Origin: Malacoraja senta
Taxonomy: Eukaryota
DNA: 64,000 bases
Assembly: GCA_038087875.1 (NCBI GenBank)
Contig: CM075988.1
Location: 6,076,001-6,140,000, forward strand
Direction: 5' to 3'
Part shown: piece after piece, positions 36,742-51,100 of the stretch
How the letters are laid out: each line of letters opens with the position of its first letter
How positions within the stretch are numbered: position 1 is the stretch's first letter
The notes under the pieces: generated by a model
Seen by the model: the letters and a program-made list of their open reading frames with translations, nothing else
Told to the model about the DNA's origin: nothing
The model's database searches: none
Made by a program: the position numbers and the translations under genes

Positions 36742-36985
36742 AGATGGCGGTCAGAGGGGAGAGTGGACGCTGGCACGGTTTAGCTGCCGCTGCTCTCTCC
36801 TCACATTGTGTTTCTGATTTTCTTTTTTTGTGTCTTTGGATTGAATTCTGTCTTTCATTTGTGTAATTGTGATGTCTTTATAACTTATTTTATCCCGATT
36901 ATTTGTTTCTTTGTTAAACTCTGTAAGGTGTCCTTGAGACTTTGGTATAGGCGCCCACAAATAAAATGTATTATTATTATTATTA
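36742..36985 (+). mobile_element. Short element with AAGATGGCG start and L2-like 3' tail, inserted in a minus-strand HE1 SINE (36475-37005)
   Basis: Begins aagatggcgg and ends tgtaaggtgtccttgag..aggcgcccacaaataaaatg(tat)n; the SINE head resumes with aactctaccgctgcgccaccg. Confidence 0.7.
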
Positions 36986-39939
36986 ACTCTACCGCTGCGC
37001 CACCGTTCTCTGTTATCCCACTACTTCTGTATATCACCTGTATATATTCTCTGTATATCAACGTTACTCCAGGCTCCCCTTCTCTCCCCCACCATCCCTC
37101 CCACTAGTCCTACATTTCACCCCCCATCTTTCTTCTTTATCAGAGTTCACCATCTTGGAGACACTTGGATTGTTTTCTCCGGAACGTCGGAGGTTGAGGG
37201 TAGACCCGATGGGAGTATCTCTAATGATGAGAGGCATGAATAGAGTAGACAGCCTGAACCTTTATCCCAGGCTTAAGGTGAGAGGGAGGAAGCTTAAAGG
37301 AGATGTGCGGGGCAATTTGTTTTGCAGAGGGTGGTGGTGGGTGGTGGTGGGTGGTGGTGGGTGGTGGTGGGTGGTGGTGGGTGGTGGTGGGTGCCTGGAA
37401 CGTGCTGCCTGGGAGGGTGGTGGTGGGTGCCTGGAACGTGCTGCCTGGGTGGGTGGTGGAGGCAGATATAATAGTGGCATTCAAGACAGGCAGAAGATAG
37501 ACATCTAAAGTGGAGTAACTCAGTGGGACAGGCAGCATCTCTGGAGAGAAGGAATGGGTGACGTTTCGGGTCGAGACCATTCTTCAGACTTAGATAGGGA
37601 CATGGATATACAAAGGATGGAGGTATATGGATCACGTGCGGATAGATGTTAGTTTATCTTGGCATCATGTTCACCACAAACATTGTGGCCAAAAGGCCTG
37701 TCCCTGTACTGTTCTATGTTCCATGATATATCTGTACCATTTTATCTTCTCCACTGATCACCTCCAGCCTCGGTCACTATCTCCACCCATCCCTCCCCCA
37801 CCTCACACGTCTGACAATCAACTCCTCCTCAACCTGGATCCACCTATCACTCACCAGTTCTTACTCCAGCCCTTCCCCTCACCTCTCTCTCTCTCCCCCC
37901 TACACCATGTCTGAAGAAGGTGTCTCGACCAGAATCATCATCTGCCCATTTCCCCCAACAGTGGGAATAATCGGACAGCACAGTGGTGCAAGAGTAGAGG
38001 TGCTGCCTCACAGAGACTGGGATGGGTTTCAATCACCACCACCAGTCGCTGTCTGTTCAGAGTTTTGTACGTTCTCCCAGTGACCGCGTGGGTTTTTCTC
38101 TGAGTGCTCCAGTTTCCTCACATATTCCAAAGGCGTGCAGGATTGTAGGTTAATTACTTCTGTAAATTGTCCCGAGTGTGTTGGATAGAACTAGTGTACG
38201 GGTGATCATTGGTCGTGTGGAGTCGGTGGGCCGAAGGGCCTGTCCCCACGCTGCATCTCTAAACGAAACGAAACTAAGCAAAGCTGCCTGACCTGCTGAG
38301 TTCCTCCAGCAGTTGAACGATACTTTATTGGCATGTGTGACAAATCACAGCGATATTCTTTGTTAGACGCATAATGCGGGAGAGGCAGCACTCCGGAGAG
38401 AAGGGAATGGGCGAGTTTTGGGTCGAGATCCAGAAGGGTCGACTCGAAACATCGCCCATTCCTTCTCTCCAGAGATGCTGCCTCTCCCGCTGAGTTACTC
38501 CAGCATTATGTCTCCTTCGATTTAAACCAGCATCTGCAGTTCTTTCTTACACGTGATATTCTTTGCGTAGCCAAGGTTTGCAAAGAGTTTGTTTTTTGCT
38601 AAATATTCCAGCGTCTGCAGCTTCTTGTGTTTCCCAGAGGCTTGTAGTGCAGGAGTGAGGAATTCTTGCTCCACTTGTGTGGAGCTTGATGCCGTCTGCA
38701 CGTGGAGTATTGTGTGAAGTGGATCTCTCTTCTCGTGAAAAAGACATATTAGCCATACAGGTGCAGCCCAGAGGCACTGGGACTGGTTCTATGGATGGGG
38801 GGTTTGCTAAGAGGGGAGATTGAATAGACTGTGCATTGTCTGGGACTTAGAAGAATAAGATGAACTCTCATTGAAACTCAGGTCTATAGGACATCACAGG
38901 TGAAAATAGGAAGATTCTTTCTTTTGGCTGAAGAATCCAGAATCAGCTATAGGCTATTTAGTTTAGTTTAGTTTGGTTTAGAGGTACAGTATGGAAACAG
39001 GCCCTTCAGCCACCGATTCCATGCCGACCATCGATCACCCGTACACACTGGTTTCTATGTTATCCCACTTTCTCATCCACTCCCTACACACTGGGGCAAT
39101 TCACAGAGGCCTAACCTACAAACCCGCACGACTTTGGGACGTGGAAGGAAACCGGAGCACCCGGAGGAAACCCACCGGTCATAGCGAGAATGTGCAAACT
39201 CCACACACAGAGAGCAGGTGAAGGGAGGATCAAACCTGGGTCTCTGGCGCTGTAAGGCAGTGGCTCTAGCAGTTGTGCCACTGTGCAGCAGTTCCTCCTG
39301 AGATGAGAGTGATTTCTTCATGCAGCAGGTGGCAATTGATCTTTGTAATCTTCACCTAGACTGTGGAACTTCAGAAATTGAGTTCATTCAAAATGCAGGT
39401 GAGTAGATGTCTGAGGATGAAGGGAATCGAGGGATTCAGCAAGAATATGGTGCCAGGGGTCCATTAGTCATGAGCGTGATGAATGGAGAGCAGGATTAAA
39501 CAGTCGCATGACAGGCTCCCACCCTAACTTCTCATGTTCCTATTACATACAGGAAAAGTTGATCTAAAAATCAACTTTTTTTGGCCAGGACATCTTTTGT
39601 ACGTGGCTGATGTAATGGTGTCTATCATGCATGAACACAGCAAGACTGGGTTAACTTAGAACAGAGACAGGAAATGGCCAGGACAGGCAATAGCTTCCAG
39701 TATCAATTCCAATGGGCATGATCTCTTTCCCCTTCCTTATGCTCTCCAGATGGATGGCTGGAAATGGTGCAGCCAACACCCTGGCTATCAGGCCCAGCTC
39801 CCTAATAACAGGCTGGTCCCAACGGCCGTTTGCCGTGTAGATTCACCACCCATACGTCTGGCAAGGTGTCACGTTCCAGTCAGAGTCAGAGTGGATGAGT
39901 TGATCAAGGCTGGTGGAAGGGGCTGCAGGGTGGAGAGGT

Positions 39940-40637
<698 letters not shown>

Positions 40638-42739
40638 CAGAACAGATGAGATTTCTCATTAGAGAATAGGAATGGAATCAGTCCAAGCTTGTCTGTTTTC
40701 CTATGGATCTTCAAACTGGATGTGATGGAATAGAGTTACTCACTAAATCTGCTGTCACAAAGCTCACAGTTTGCATCCATGAATCCTAATGCAATACAAA
40801 TTAAATCTTTGCCATTATCTTTCTCTTTCCACAACCAACCCCATCGCTCTTCAAAGCAAACAAAGCATATTTTAAGGGTGACCTGATAAAGTATATAAAC
40901 CCATGACAGGTATAGATCAGATAGACAGTCAGAACCTTTCTCCGAGGGTGGAAAAGTCAAAGACTGGAGGGCATAGCTTCAAAGTGAAAGGGCAAATTTT
41001 AAAGGAGATGCTGTACGCAGGACCAGCTTTTTGACACAGAGGGTGGGTGGTGCCTGGAACACGCTGCCAGGGTGGTGGTGCAGGCAGGTACATGTGTGGC
41101 TTTTTGGAGGCTTTTCGATAGATGCACGGGTACAGAGGGATATGGATCATGTGCAGGCAGAGGACGTTAATTTAACGTGGCAACATGTCCAGCGCGGACA
41201 CTGTGGCTGAAGGGCCTGTTCCTGGGTAGTACTGCTCTATGTTCTATACGTGCAGCAAGGTTTACAACCGGCACTGAGGTGGCAACTACTGCTGGTCTTG
41301 CTGACATTGAATGAGTGGTCAGTTCCACCCAAGAACTGAGGACAACCCCGCTGCTCTTTATCACACGCTGGGCTGCTCAGTGACCAGACAGGAGCTCAGG
41401 TCAACATCTCAGCTGGATGTGTACACCTCTCACTTCCTCCGTTAAACACTATATAGAGGTAGAGGAGATACAAGGAACTGCAGATGTTGGTTTACAAAAA
41501 AAACATATAGTGCTGGAGTAACTTATAAGATTCATAAGACACAGAAACAGAATTAGACCATTCGGCCCATCAAGTCTACTCCGCCATTCAATCATGGCTG
41601 ATCTATCTCTCCCTCCCAACACCATTGTCCTGCCTTCTCCCCATAACCTCGGACACCTGAGGTTGTCCTGCCTTCTCCCTGTATCCTTTGACAACCTTCC
41701 CAATCAACAGCCTATCAATGTCCTTTTTAAAAATACCCAATGATTTGGCCTTCACCTCACAAGAATTCCACAGATTCTCCGCCCTCTACCTAAAGAAATT
41801 CTTCCTCATCTCCATTCCAAAGGTAGGTTCTTTTATTCTGAGGCTGTGCCCTCTGGTCCTAGACTCTCCCACTAGTGGAAACATCCTCTCCACATCCACT
41901 CCAGTGGATCAGCGGGTTAGGCAGCATCTCTGGAGATCGTGGATAGGTGGCGTTTCAGGTCGGGACCTTCTTCAGACTGACGGCGAGGCTATAGTTAGAG
42001 GCCAGTTCACAGGATTTGAACCTGCAACTTTGTCACGCCAAGTCAGGAGGGTTACACAATGAATTTCAGAAAGTACCCTTTATAAGAAGGAAGGAAAACA
42101 CAAATTATGTTCCTTGTCACTAACTACCAACCCAACCAACTGCCAATCCAATTACTACCAGTCCAACCGACTGACTACCAATCAAACCAGCTGACTCCAT
42201 GTCCAACCAACTAACTATCAGTCCTGCCAGATGTGTCAAGGAACCTAAATGATAAGCTTCAAACGATCTTTTAGAGTATTCTGTACATATATTTTCAGGG
42301 ATTCCCAATTAGTTTTGATCTCTGGATGCTTGATACAGCTCCATCTAGCTGTAATTCTAGAAGTTGCCACTAGGTGGAGAGCATCGCCCAGGAATGGTCT
42401 GTGACCTGTTTCACACCAGCTTGGGAAAGATTGCAGCAAAACGGGCCAGTGATTGAGACGGGATTCAGTCTGTAGCAAGATCCTGCACCTTCATTGACTC
42501 ATCATTGCTTGCGTGTGGGGTGGCACAGCAGCGTGAGTGAGGCACGCATCCACTGGCAGGTCACAGATTGCGTTTGTAGTTGGCAAGCAGCGACCAAGCC
42601 CACCAACATTGAGTTAAAATGAGAAACAATTTCTTTGGCTTGATACATGTGTTCATCTAAAAAAAAATGGTTGAATAAAAGTAATTCTCCATCCCTATGA
42701 ACAAATGCTGGCAAAGCAAACGGGTGGCGTCTGGACTAA

Positions 42740-43049
42740 TGGACCCGTCCCACTTAAGCGATTTTTTCGCAACTACAGGTGACTAGTTTGTCTCCACATG
42801 TTCGCCATTGGTCGCCGGGAGTAGTCTCCTCAGTCACGCTAAAAAGTCGTAGCGTCTTTCTGGTCATGTTGAAAGTTTTTCGGCGACAGTGGGTTTGATG
42901 CCAATGAGCGTAGCTCGACTTCTCCTGACGTAGGTGCTGCGCAGGTTGTCGCCAGGATGATGTAGGGTGTTGCCGGGTTTTCGGCGACCTGCTACGGCTA
43001 TGACAGTCGCCGGCAGTTGCCTAAAAAATCGCCAAGTGGGACAGGCCCA
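42740..43049. mobile_element. Harbinger-like MITE
   Basis: tggacccgtcccacttaagcgatttttt / aaaaaatcgccaagtgggacaggccca TIRs. Confidence 0.8.
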
Positions 43050-44170
43050 TTACATAGGCTGGTTAAAATAACAGACAGGTGGCAGGACTGATAGTTGACC
43101 TGACCCATTCCTTCCCTCCAGAGATGCTGCCTGTCCCGTTGACTTACTCCAGCATTTTGTGTCAATCTTTGGTTTAAACAGCATCTGCAGTTCTTCCTGC
43201 ACAGGACTGATAGTTGGTTGGACATGTGGTCAGCTGGTTGATTGGTAGTCAGTTGGTTGAACTGGTATTCAGTTGGTTGGACTGGTAGTTAGTTGGTTGG
43301 ACTGGTAGGCAGTTGTTTGGACTGGTAGTTAGTTGGACTGGTAGTTAGTTGGACTGGAAGTTAGTTGGACTGGTAGTTAGTTGGACTGGAAGTTAGTTTG
43401 GACTGGTAGTTCGTTGTACTGATAGTCATTTGGTTGGATTGATGTATGAAAGGATTGGCTGTCGATGTCTGCCAGTGGAAACCAAGTCTCATTCTGCCCA
43501 GTGCATTATCTGTTTCAGATTATTATTAAGAGCTGATAATTTGAACTTGTTCCCTGCAATTGGCATAAGGTTGAGTTTCCAGGAATTTTCTGCCGGATAG
43601 AACTGGTGATAAATAAAATAAGATATAAACCCTTGGCCATCCAAGGACCTGCATGAGCAATGTACAAAAATAACAGAACAGAGGTTTACAAACAGCCAGT
43701 ACATTCTTAGTCCCCCCCCCCCTGGCCATTCCCAGGATATTTTTGGTGGTCAGACCCGGGTCTTCACCACCCAATGCCCTGAATGAGGATATTTGAGCAG
43801 GGAAAGTCCCATAGAATTCCTAGGGTTTAGCCACTATGGGTCCTATCACCACCTACAGACTGGTGCAGAACAAAGTCAACCTCTTACAGTATATTGACAC
43901 AATAAAACAGTTAGCGGAAGGTAAAGGGGAAAAGGTCGAGGACTCTTTGATAAAGACAGACACCAACAGCGATACCTTTTTTATAAGACTGGAGGGTGGC
44001 TAATGTATTGCCTCTGGTTAAGAAGACTGCTTAGAAAGCCATTGGGACTATAGACCAGTAACACCTGTGGTAGGAAAGTTACTACAAAGGATTCTAAGAG
44101 ATAAGATATACATATCAAAGGCAGGAGTTGAATAGGTAAAGACAGTGTGGCTTTGTGCTTGGGAGAATGT

Positions 44171-44654
44171 AGGGCCTGTCCCACTTGGACGACATTTTCG
44201 GCGACAGCCTGAAAAGAGGTTGTGGTGTCTTGGTCGGGGCGTGATGCATGTAGTGACGCATGTAGTGACGCGCGGTGTCTCCCTGCCACCCCTGGATTTT
44301 GGAATGTTTAAAATCTTCAGGCGACATCTGGGTGTCTTATCATGTCCTGCGCCCTGTCACACGCTGACCTATGCTGTCGTGCGGGTGTCACACGCTGACG
44401 TTGACGTTAATAAACTATTTATTTCTTAAAAAGTTATTGGTCCTTAGATTTATTGTAGATAAGTTAATTTCCCAATGTGATTATTATTCTTCGGTGTAAC
44501 CTTCTTGTGTTGTGGAGGTGGGTGACGCGGAGTGTCGTAGCTTGACGTGACGGTGACACGGTGTGCCGTACAACTTGACGGTTTTTAGGGCAACTACGGG
44601 CGTCAGTCGCTGACGTTCGCAGTTGCCGAAAAATCACAAAGTGGGACAGGCCCT
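44171..44654. mobile_element. Harbinger-like MITE inserted in an old CR1 RT fragment (~43985-44940)
   Basis: agggcctgtcccactt / aagtgggacaggccct; CR1 peptide DWRVANV..YRPV before and LTNLIEFSEEVTK after. Confidence 0.82.
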
Positions 44655-46029
44655 AACGTCTCACAAATTTGATTGAGTTTTCTGAAGAAGTAACCAAGAA
44701 GGTTGATGGGGCAGTTCTGTAGACATTGTCTACATAGAAGATAGACACAAAATCTCGCCCTGAAACTTCACGCATTCCTTCTATCCAGAGGTACTGCCTG
44801 TCCCGCTGAGTTACAGCAGCATTTGCGTCTTTCTTCAGTGTAAATCAGCACCTGCAGTTCCTCGACACACATTTTGTCTACATAGACTTCAGCAAGACGT
44901 TCGATAAGGTTCCACAGAGTAGGGCTGCTCCTGGAAGGTTGGATGAGAGGAATGGATAGGGTGAATGTACACTGTTTTTTTTCTCAGGGTTGGCGAATCA
45001 AGAACTAGGGGGGCATACATTTAAGGTGAAAGGGGAACGTGTTTAATAGGAACCTGAGGAGCAACCCTTTCACAAGATGGTGGTGCGTACATGGAACAAG
45101 TTGCCCGAAGAGAGTCTCGACCCGAAACATCACCCATTCAGAGTCTGAAGAAGGGTCTCGACCTGAAACGTCACCCATTCCTTCTCTCCAGAGGTGCTAT
45201 CTGTCCCGCTGAGTTACTCCAGCATTTTGTGTCTACCTTCGATTTAAACCAGCATCTGCAGTTCTTTCCCACACAAGTTGCCAGAAGTAGTTGAGGCAGC
45301 TACAATAGCAACATTTAAAAGATATTTGGACATGTACACTGATAGGAAAAAAAAGAGAGGGATCTGGGCCAAACGCGGGCAAGGGGGGACTAGGATGGAA
45401 TGGAGCAATTGGTCACCATGGATGAGTTGGGCTGAAGAGCCTGTTTTCAATGCAGTAGAACCCGATGACTCTATAAAGATTAACACCAACAAATTATGTT
45501 TTATGGAGAAAGGCACTTTATGGAGCCTTAGTGGTTCCTTATGCAGAGTCAGACCCACTCTCAAGAGAGTCTTTTCTTGCAAGTGGGTCAGCAATAACGT
45601 GTTTATGTAAAGGGAGAGATGTTTTTAATTGTAAATACTCACGAATAATAAGGAGCGAATTAGGAGGCTGGACATGTCTATTTGGGTTATACATCATGGA
45701 AACAGGCCCTTCGGCCCAACATGTCCATGCAGACTGGGTGTTATAACTGAGCTACTCTGTTTGCGTGCATATGGTCGTCGCGCTCTAAACCATTGCTATC
45801 CATGTACATATCTAAATGTACTCTCTCTCAACAGCCTCCTCTGGCAGCTTGTTTCCGCAGCCTGCATGAAAAATATTGCTCCTCTGGTTCAGTTCCGTTT
45901 CCCTTAGAGATTAGTTTAGAGATACAGCATGGAAACAGGCCCTTCGGCCCTCTGAGTCCATACTGACCATCCATCACAAAGAGTGATTGCTGCCCATTCT
46001 ATTCAGAGGTAGATTCTACAAGAAACTTA

Positions 46030-46305
46030 AGGACCTGTCCCACTTGGGCGTTATTTGCGCGTCATTTAATCAACATCATTTACGCGTCACGATGCACGAC
46101 GCGACATAATTTATGCATCACGCACGCATCGTGACGGGCACGTGACGCGCACATGCCATGCATTACGCGCGTATGGCGCGTGGTGAGACGTGGTGGCATA
46201 GGCAGTGACGTGCGGTCGCACGAGGCGCCCAGGATTTGGGGATTCACAAAATCTTCGCGCGCCACCTACGTGACGCGCAAATGAAGCCCAAGTGGGACAG
46301 GCCCT
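46030..46305. mobile_element. Harbinger-like MITE, opposite orientation to 3645-3883
   Basis: aggacctgtcccacttgggc / gcccaagtgggacaggccct; TTA on both sides. Confidence 0.82.
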
Positions 46306-47828
46306 TTACTAACACTCTGTGATTCCTCAAAACGCCTGTGAAGGACGGAAGTGGAACATAAAAATGTACAGCACAGGAACAGGCCCTTCGGCCCACAACG
46401 TCCCTGCCGAACAGGATGTCAGGTTAAGTTAATCTCCTCTGCCTGCGCCTGCTCCTTGTTCCTCCACTACCTGCATATCCATGTACAATGTCACTGTTGT
46501 ATCTGCCTCCACCAACACCCCCGGCAATGCAAATATTTAAATTTTGTAGTGTAATAGTAGCCAAACCCAGCAACAAGGAACTGCAGATGCAGGTTTACAC
46601 AAAAGGACACAAAGTGTTGGAGTAACTCAACAGGTCAGGCATCATCTCCGGAGAACATGGATAGGTGACGTTTCCTCAGTCTGAAGAAACCGACCCGGAA
46701 TCGTGATCTATCCATGTTCTTCAAACATTCTGCTTGACAGGTGTCAGAGGTATGGGGAGAAGGCAGGAGAATGGGATTAGGAGGGAGAGATAGATCAGTC
46801 ATGATTGAATGGCGGAGTAGACTTGATGGGCCAAATGATCTAATTCTACTCCAATTTCCTTATGACCTTTGACCAGTTGGGTTACTCCAGCATTTTGTGC
46901 CCAGTTGCCAAGCTAGAATATTGGGAAGAACTTTCTCATCAAGCATAAGAAGGTTGATATTTTACACCAGTCAGTGAGTGAGTAAGAGAGTTATCACAAT
47001 ATTCTTCTTTATTGGGAAGAGAACTGTTGGGAAGAGAGCCTGTTTCCACGCTGCATCTCTAAACTAAACTAAACTAAACTTAACTAAACTGAACTGAATA
47101 CAAAGTAAGGAGGTAATGCCTCATTTGGATATAGTCTGGGTGGCACCACACTGAAAGACTGTACACAGTATTAGTCTCTCGATTAATGGAAGGATATCAA
47201 TGCATTGGAGGCAGTTCAGAGGAAGTTTACTCAATGTACTTGGCTTATGGAAAAGGTTGGACAGGCTCAACTCGTATCTACTGGAATTCATAGAGTGAAA
47301 GGGGCCTAAAATATATAAGATCCTGACAGGGCAGATGTGGGGAGGACTTATCCACTTGCAGGAGTACCTAGAACAAGGACTTGCTGTTTAAAAATAACCC
47401 TAACTCTAACTCCTTTTTTGACAGTTTAATTTAGTTTAGAGATAAAGCAAGCAAACTGGCCCTTTGGCCCACCGAGTCCATGCCAACCATCAATCACCCG
47501 TTCACACATAGTTCTTTGTTATCCCACTTTTAGGCCCATTCCCGACACACTAGGGGCAATATAATGTGGAATAAAATGGAACAGCACTTTCTGGTTCATA
47601 CCAAAGATAGACACACAATCTGGAGGAACTCTGCTGATTAGGCAGCACCTCTGGAGAAAATGGATAAGTGATGTGAAGAAAGGTTTCGGCCCGAACGTTG
47701 CCTATCTCCTTCGCTCCATAGATGCTTCTGCACCCGCTGAGTTTCTCCAGCACTTTTGTGTACCTTCAATTTTCCAGCATCTGCAGTTCCTTCTTTAACA
47801 CAAGTGATGTTTCAGGTTGGGACCCTTC

Positions 47829-48124
47829 TTAAGGATAAGGGGGAGATCCTTTAAGACCGAGATGAGAAAAACATTTTTCACACAGAGAGTGGTGAATCTC
47901 TGGAACTCTCTGCCACAGAGGGTAGTTGAGGCCAGTTCATTGGCTATATTTAAGAGGGAGTTAGATGTGGCCCTTGTGGCTAAAGGGATCAGGGGGTATG
48001 GAGAGAAGGCAGGTACGGGATACTGAGTTGATGATCAGCCATGATCATATTGAATGGCGGTGCAGGCTCGAAGGGCTGAATGGCCTACTCCTGCACCTAT
48101 TTTCTATGTATCTATGTATCTATG
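47829..48124 (+). mobile_element. Young CR1 3' fragment
   Basis: LRIRGRSFKTEMRKTFFTQRVVNLWNSLP..GYGEKAGTGY plus CR1 3'UTR and (CTATGTAT)n. Confidence 0.9.
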
Positions 48125-51100
48125 ATAACCCAGGACCAAGGCTGAACCAGAGGTATGTCAGTGTAGACCTTGGCATATGACCCAAACCTGCTTGCTCTTC
48201 CACCACACAAAAACCTCGAGTGTCCTTCCACTCTCCAGTGCCCCATCCTTCAGCACGCTCTGGGGAGATCAGGCTAATTAGACCGCGTGAGCCCGAGTCA
48301 TGACGTCTTCTGACATCGCTGCTGAGAAAGGGACAGAGGAAGACAGTGTGGTGGAGAGCGGGGGTTTAGCTGCACCTGTCATGCCTGATTCACACACCTG
48401 GACTAATTCCAGGGTCTCTGTCATCTTCCGTTATCACTTATTCATGACGTGGTCAGCACCTGAACTCAGGGCCTTGCGCACAGAAAAATGATTCTCACTT
48501 CCCTCCTTGCAGTCTGTCCACTTCAGGATCATGTTCCATTTTGAGTTCAGTCTTGGAATACAATCACTACTAGAAATGCATCATGTAGCCTCTCTCCGTC
48601 TCACTCTTCCTCCTGCACTTTCCTTTCTATTTCTTCTCAGGGTGTGGATGCCACTGGCAAAGTTAATGAAAAATATTTGCTTCTGAGCTAGTTTGCTTGA
48701 TGATTAAAGAAGGGTGTTCAGAAGGGCGACACGGTGGCGCCTCACAGCGCCAGGGACCCGGGTTCCATCCTGACTACGGGTGCCGTCTGTAGGGAGTTTG
48801 TACATTCTTCCTGTTCCCCGTCCGCCAAGCCTACGGGTCAGGTCTTCACAATCGCAGGAGTGAAATGAGAGCATGGTCAAATTGGTGTGGGTCCTTGATG
48901 AAGCTGGCTGCCTTTTTTTGAGGCAGCATCTCCTGTAGATTCCTTCAATAGCGGAATTGAATTGAATTGAATTTCTTTATTTGTCATTCAAAAGCAAGTT
49001 TGAACGAAATGTCATTATCATGCAGTCATAACAGTAAAAAAGCAACAAAACACACAATGAACACAATTTAACACAAACATCCATCACAGTGACTCTCCTC
49101 CAGACGCCTCCTCACTGTGATGGAAGGGAAAATCTTATCTCTTCCTTGCTTCTTCTCCCGTGGTCAGGCAGCAAACTGCTGCGTCGAGGTGATCGTGGCT
49201 CCCGATATTGAAGCCCCCGCCGGGCGATGGAAGATCCCGCGGCCGATTGTAAGCCGCGCCGGGCGACGAAAGGCCCTGCGAACGGGCCGATTCAAGCCTT
49301 GCGATCAGTACCCGTGATGGAACAGGCAATGCCCCCACTTTGTGTAGGCTGCTTCATTCCTGGGCTATCGAGTTGCCGAACCAGGCCGTGATGCCTCCTC
49401 CATTGTTCCCTGCATTGCAATGAATTTCATTAACCACTACACTGTATAATTTTGAAAGATCTCATATAAATGCAGGTCCCGACTCTCTACTTTCTGATTC
49501 AAATCCTGGATAAACATTGGCCTCTGAATTTTTTATGCTTGGGATTTTTTTATTTCCTTAGAGCAGTACGCACCTTTAGAGAGATCCTGATTGAAAAGAA
49601 GGCATTTATTGTTTGCAACTTAAGTGGAGCGCTGCTGAAAAAGACTATGACTAAACAGAAACAGATGAAGCACTTAGGGCATGAAGATATGTGGCGATGT
49701 CAGGAAACCCCAGCACATTTCGTCACGGGGCAATGAGAGGATAGCTGATGATGAGAGTTGATGCATTTAATGGCGGAGGTGAAGGTGAATATACAAAACT
49801 TTTCCCGATGTCGAAACAAGGAACTGCAGATGCTGGTTATTACACACAAGGGCACAAAGTGCTGGAGTAACTCAGCAGGTCAGGCAGTATCTCTGGAGAA
49901 CATGAGTGGCTATCTGACACCAGAACACAACTGTTGCCTCATTAAATATCTCACACTGACCCAAGCTCCCAGAGAGGAAAGTTAAAATCTTTTTCCATAC
50001 TCGGGATATTAAAACTGAGAGCGCATAGGTTTAAGATGAGTGTAAGGAGTTGAGGGGTAAGTTTTTTTACACACAGAGTATGGTTAATATCTGAAACCAG
50101 CTACCAATGAATTTAATTACATTGACGTTAAAGATCCAGCATGGAAACAGGTCCGTTGGCTCACCAATTTCCACGGCGACCATCGATCACCCCTTCACAC
50201 TAGTTCTATGTTATCCCACTTTCTCGTCCATTCCTTACACACTGGGGACAATTTACAGAGGGCCAATTAACCAACAGACCCACGCATCTTCTGATGTAGG
50301 AGGAAGCCAGAGCACCCGGAGGAAACACACGCGATCACAGGGGAACGGGCAAACTCCACACAGACAGCACACAAGATCATGAATTGAAAGCGGGTCTCTG
50401 ATGCTGCACCACTGTGGCATCCTTAATGTGGTGGCATAATTAGCTGCAATTATTACATTGAGGAGACATTTAGATTGGCAGTTAGAATTATATGATCGTA
50501 ACATAGGCAAGTTGAAAGGTTGGCATAGACAGGATGGGTTAAATGGACGGTTTCTATGCTGTACAACTCTATTACTCAATGTAGACACAAAGAACAGCAG
50601 ATGCTGGTTTACACCAAAGATAGACACAGAGTAACTCAGCAGGTCAGACAGCATCTCTGGAGAGAAAGGATGGGTGGTATTTTGAGCTTGGACCCTTCTT
50701 CAGACAGAAGATTCTGTAAGCCATTATGACCAGTACAGCAAATCAGTCAGAATGCATGTGGCAGAATCGAATGTGTGAAATCGGTAATGCTGGTGCAATG
50801 ACCGTACCAGCAGGACATTCGAGTGACTTTCATCCCCGCAAGCCAGCTACTGCCTGAACTCTGGGGGCAGGACCACTGCCCCGTCCCGAACAACTGCACC
50901 GGAATTTCCTGAAACCCCCATAGATCAAGTAACCATTTCTCTTCCAGAATCAATACTTCTGTCACTAATAAATCAAAGTAGTCTGAGAATGATAGCTGAA
51001 GCACCCTACATGCTTTGGCTAAATACAAGATGCTGGAGTAACTCAGCGGGCCATGCAGCATCTGTGGAGAAAAGGAATAGGTGACGTTTTGGATCGAGAC

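Noticed and set aside
43205..43440. CRISPR-like array
   Set aside because: Contiguous degenerate tandem units with no spacers, in eukaryotic DNA
48240..48520. Possible enhancer (tgacgt and cacctg motifs)
   Set aside because: Short motifs only; cannot be supported without conservation or chromatin data
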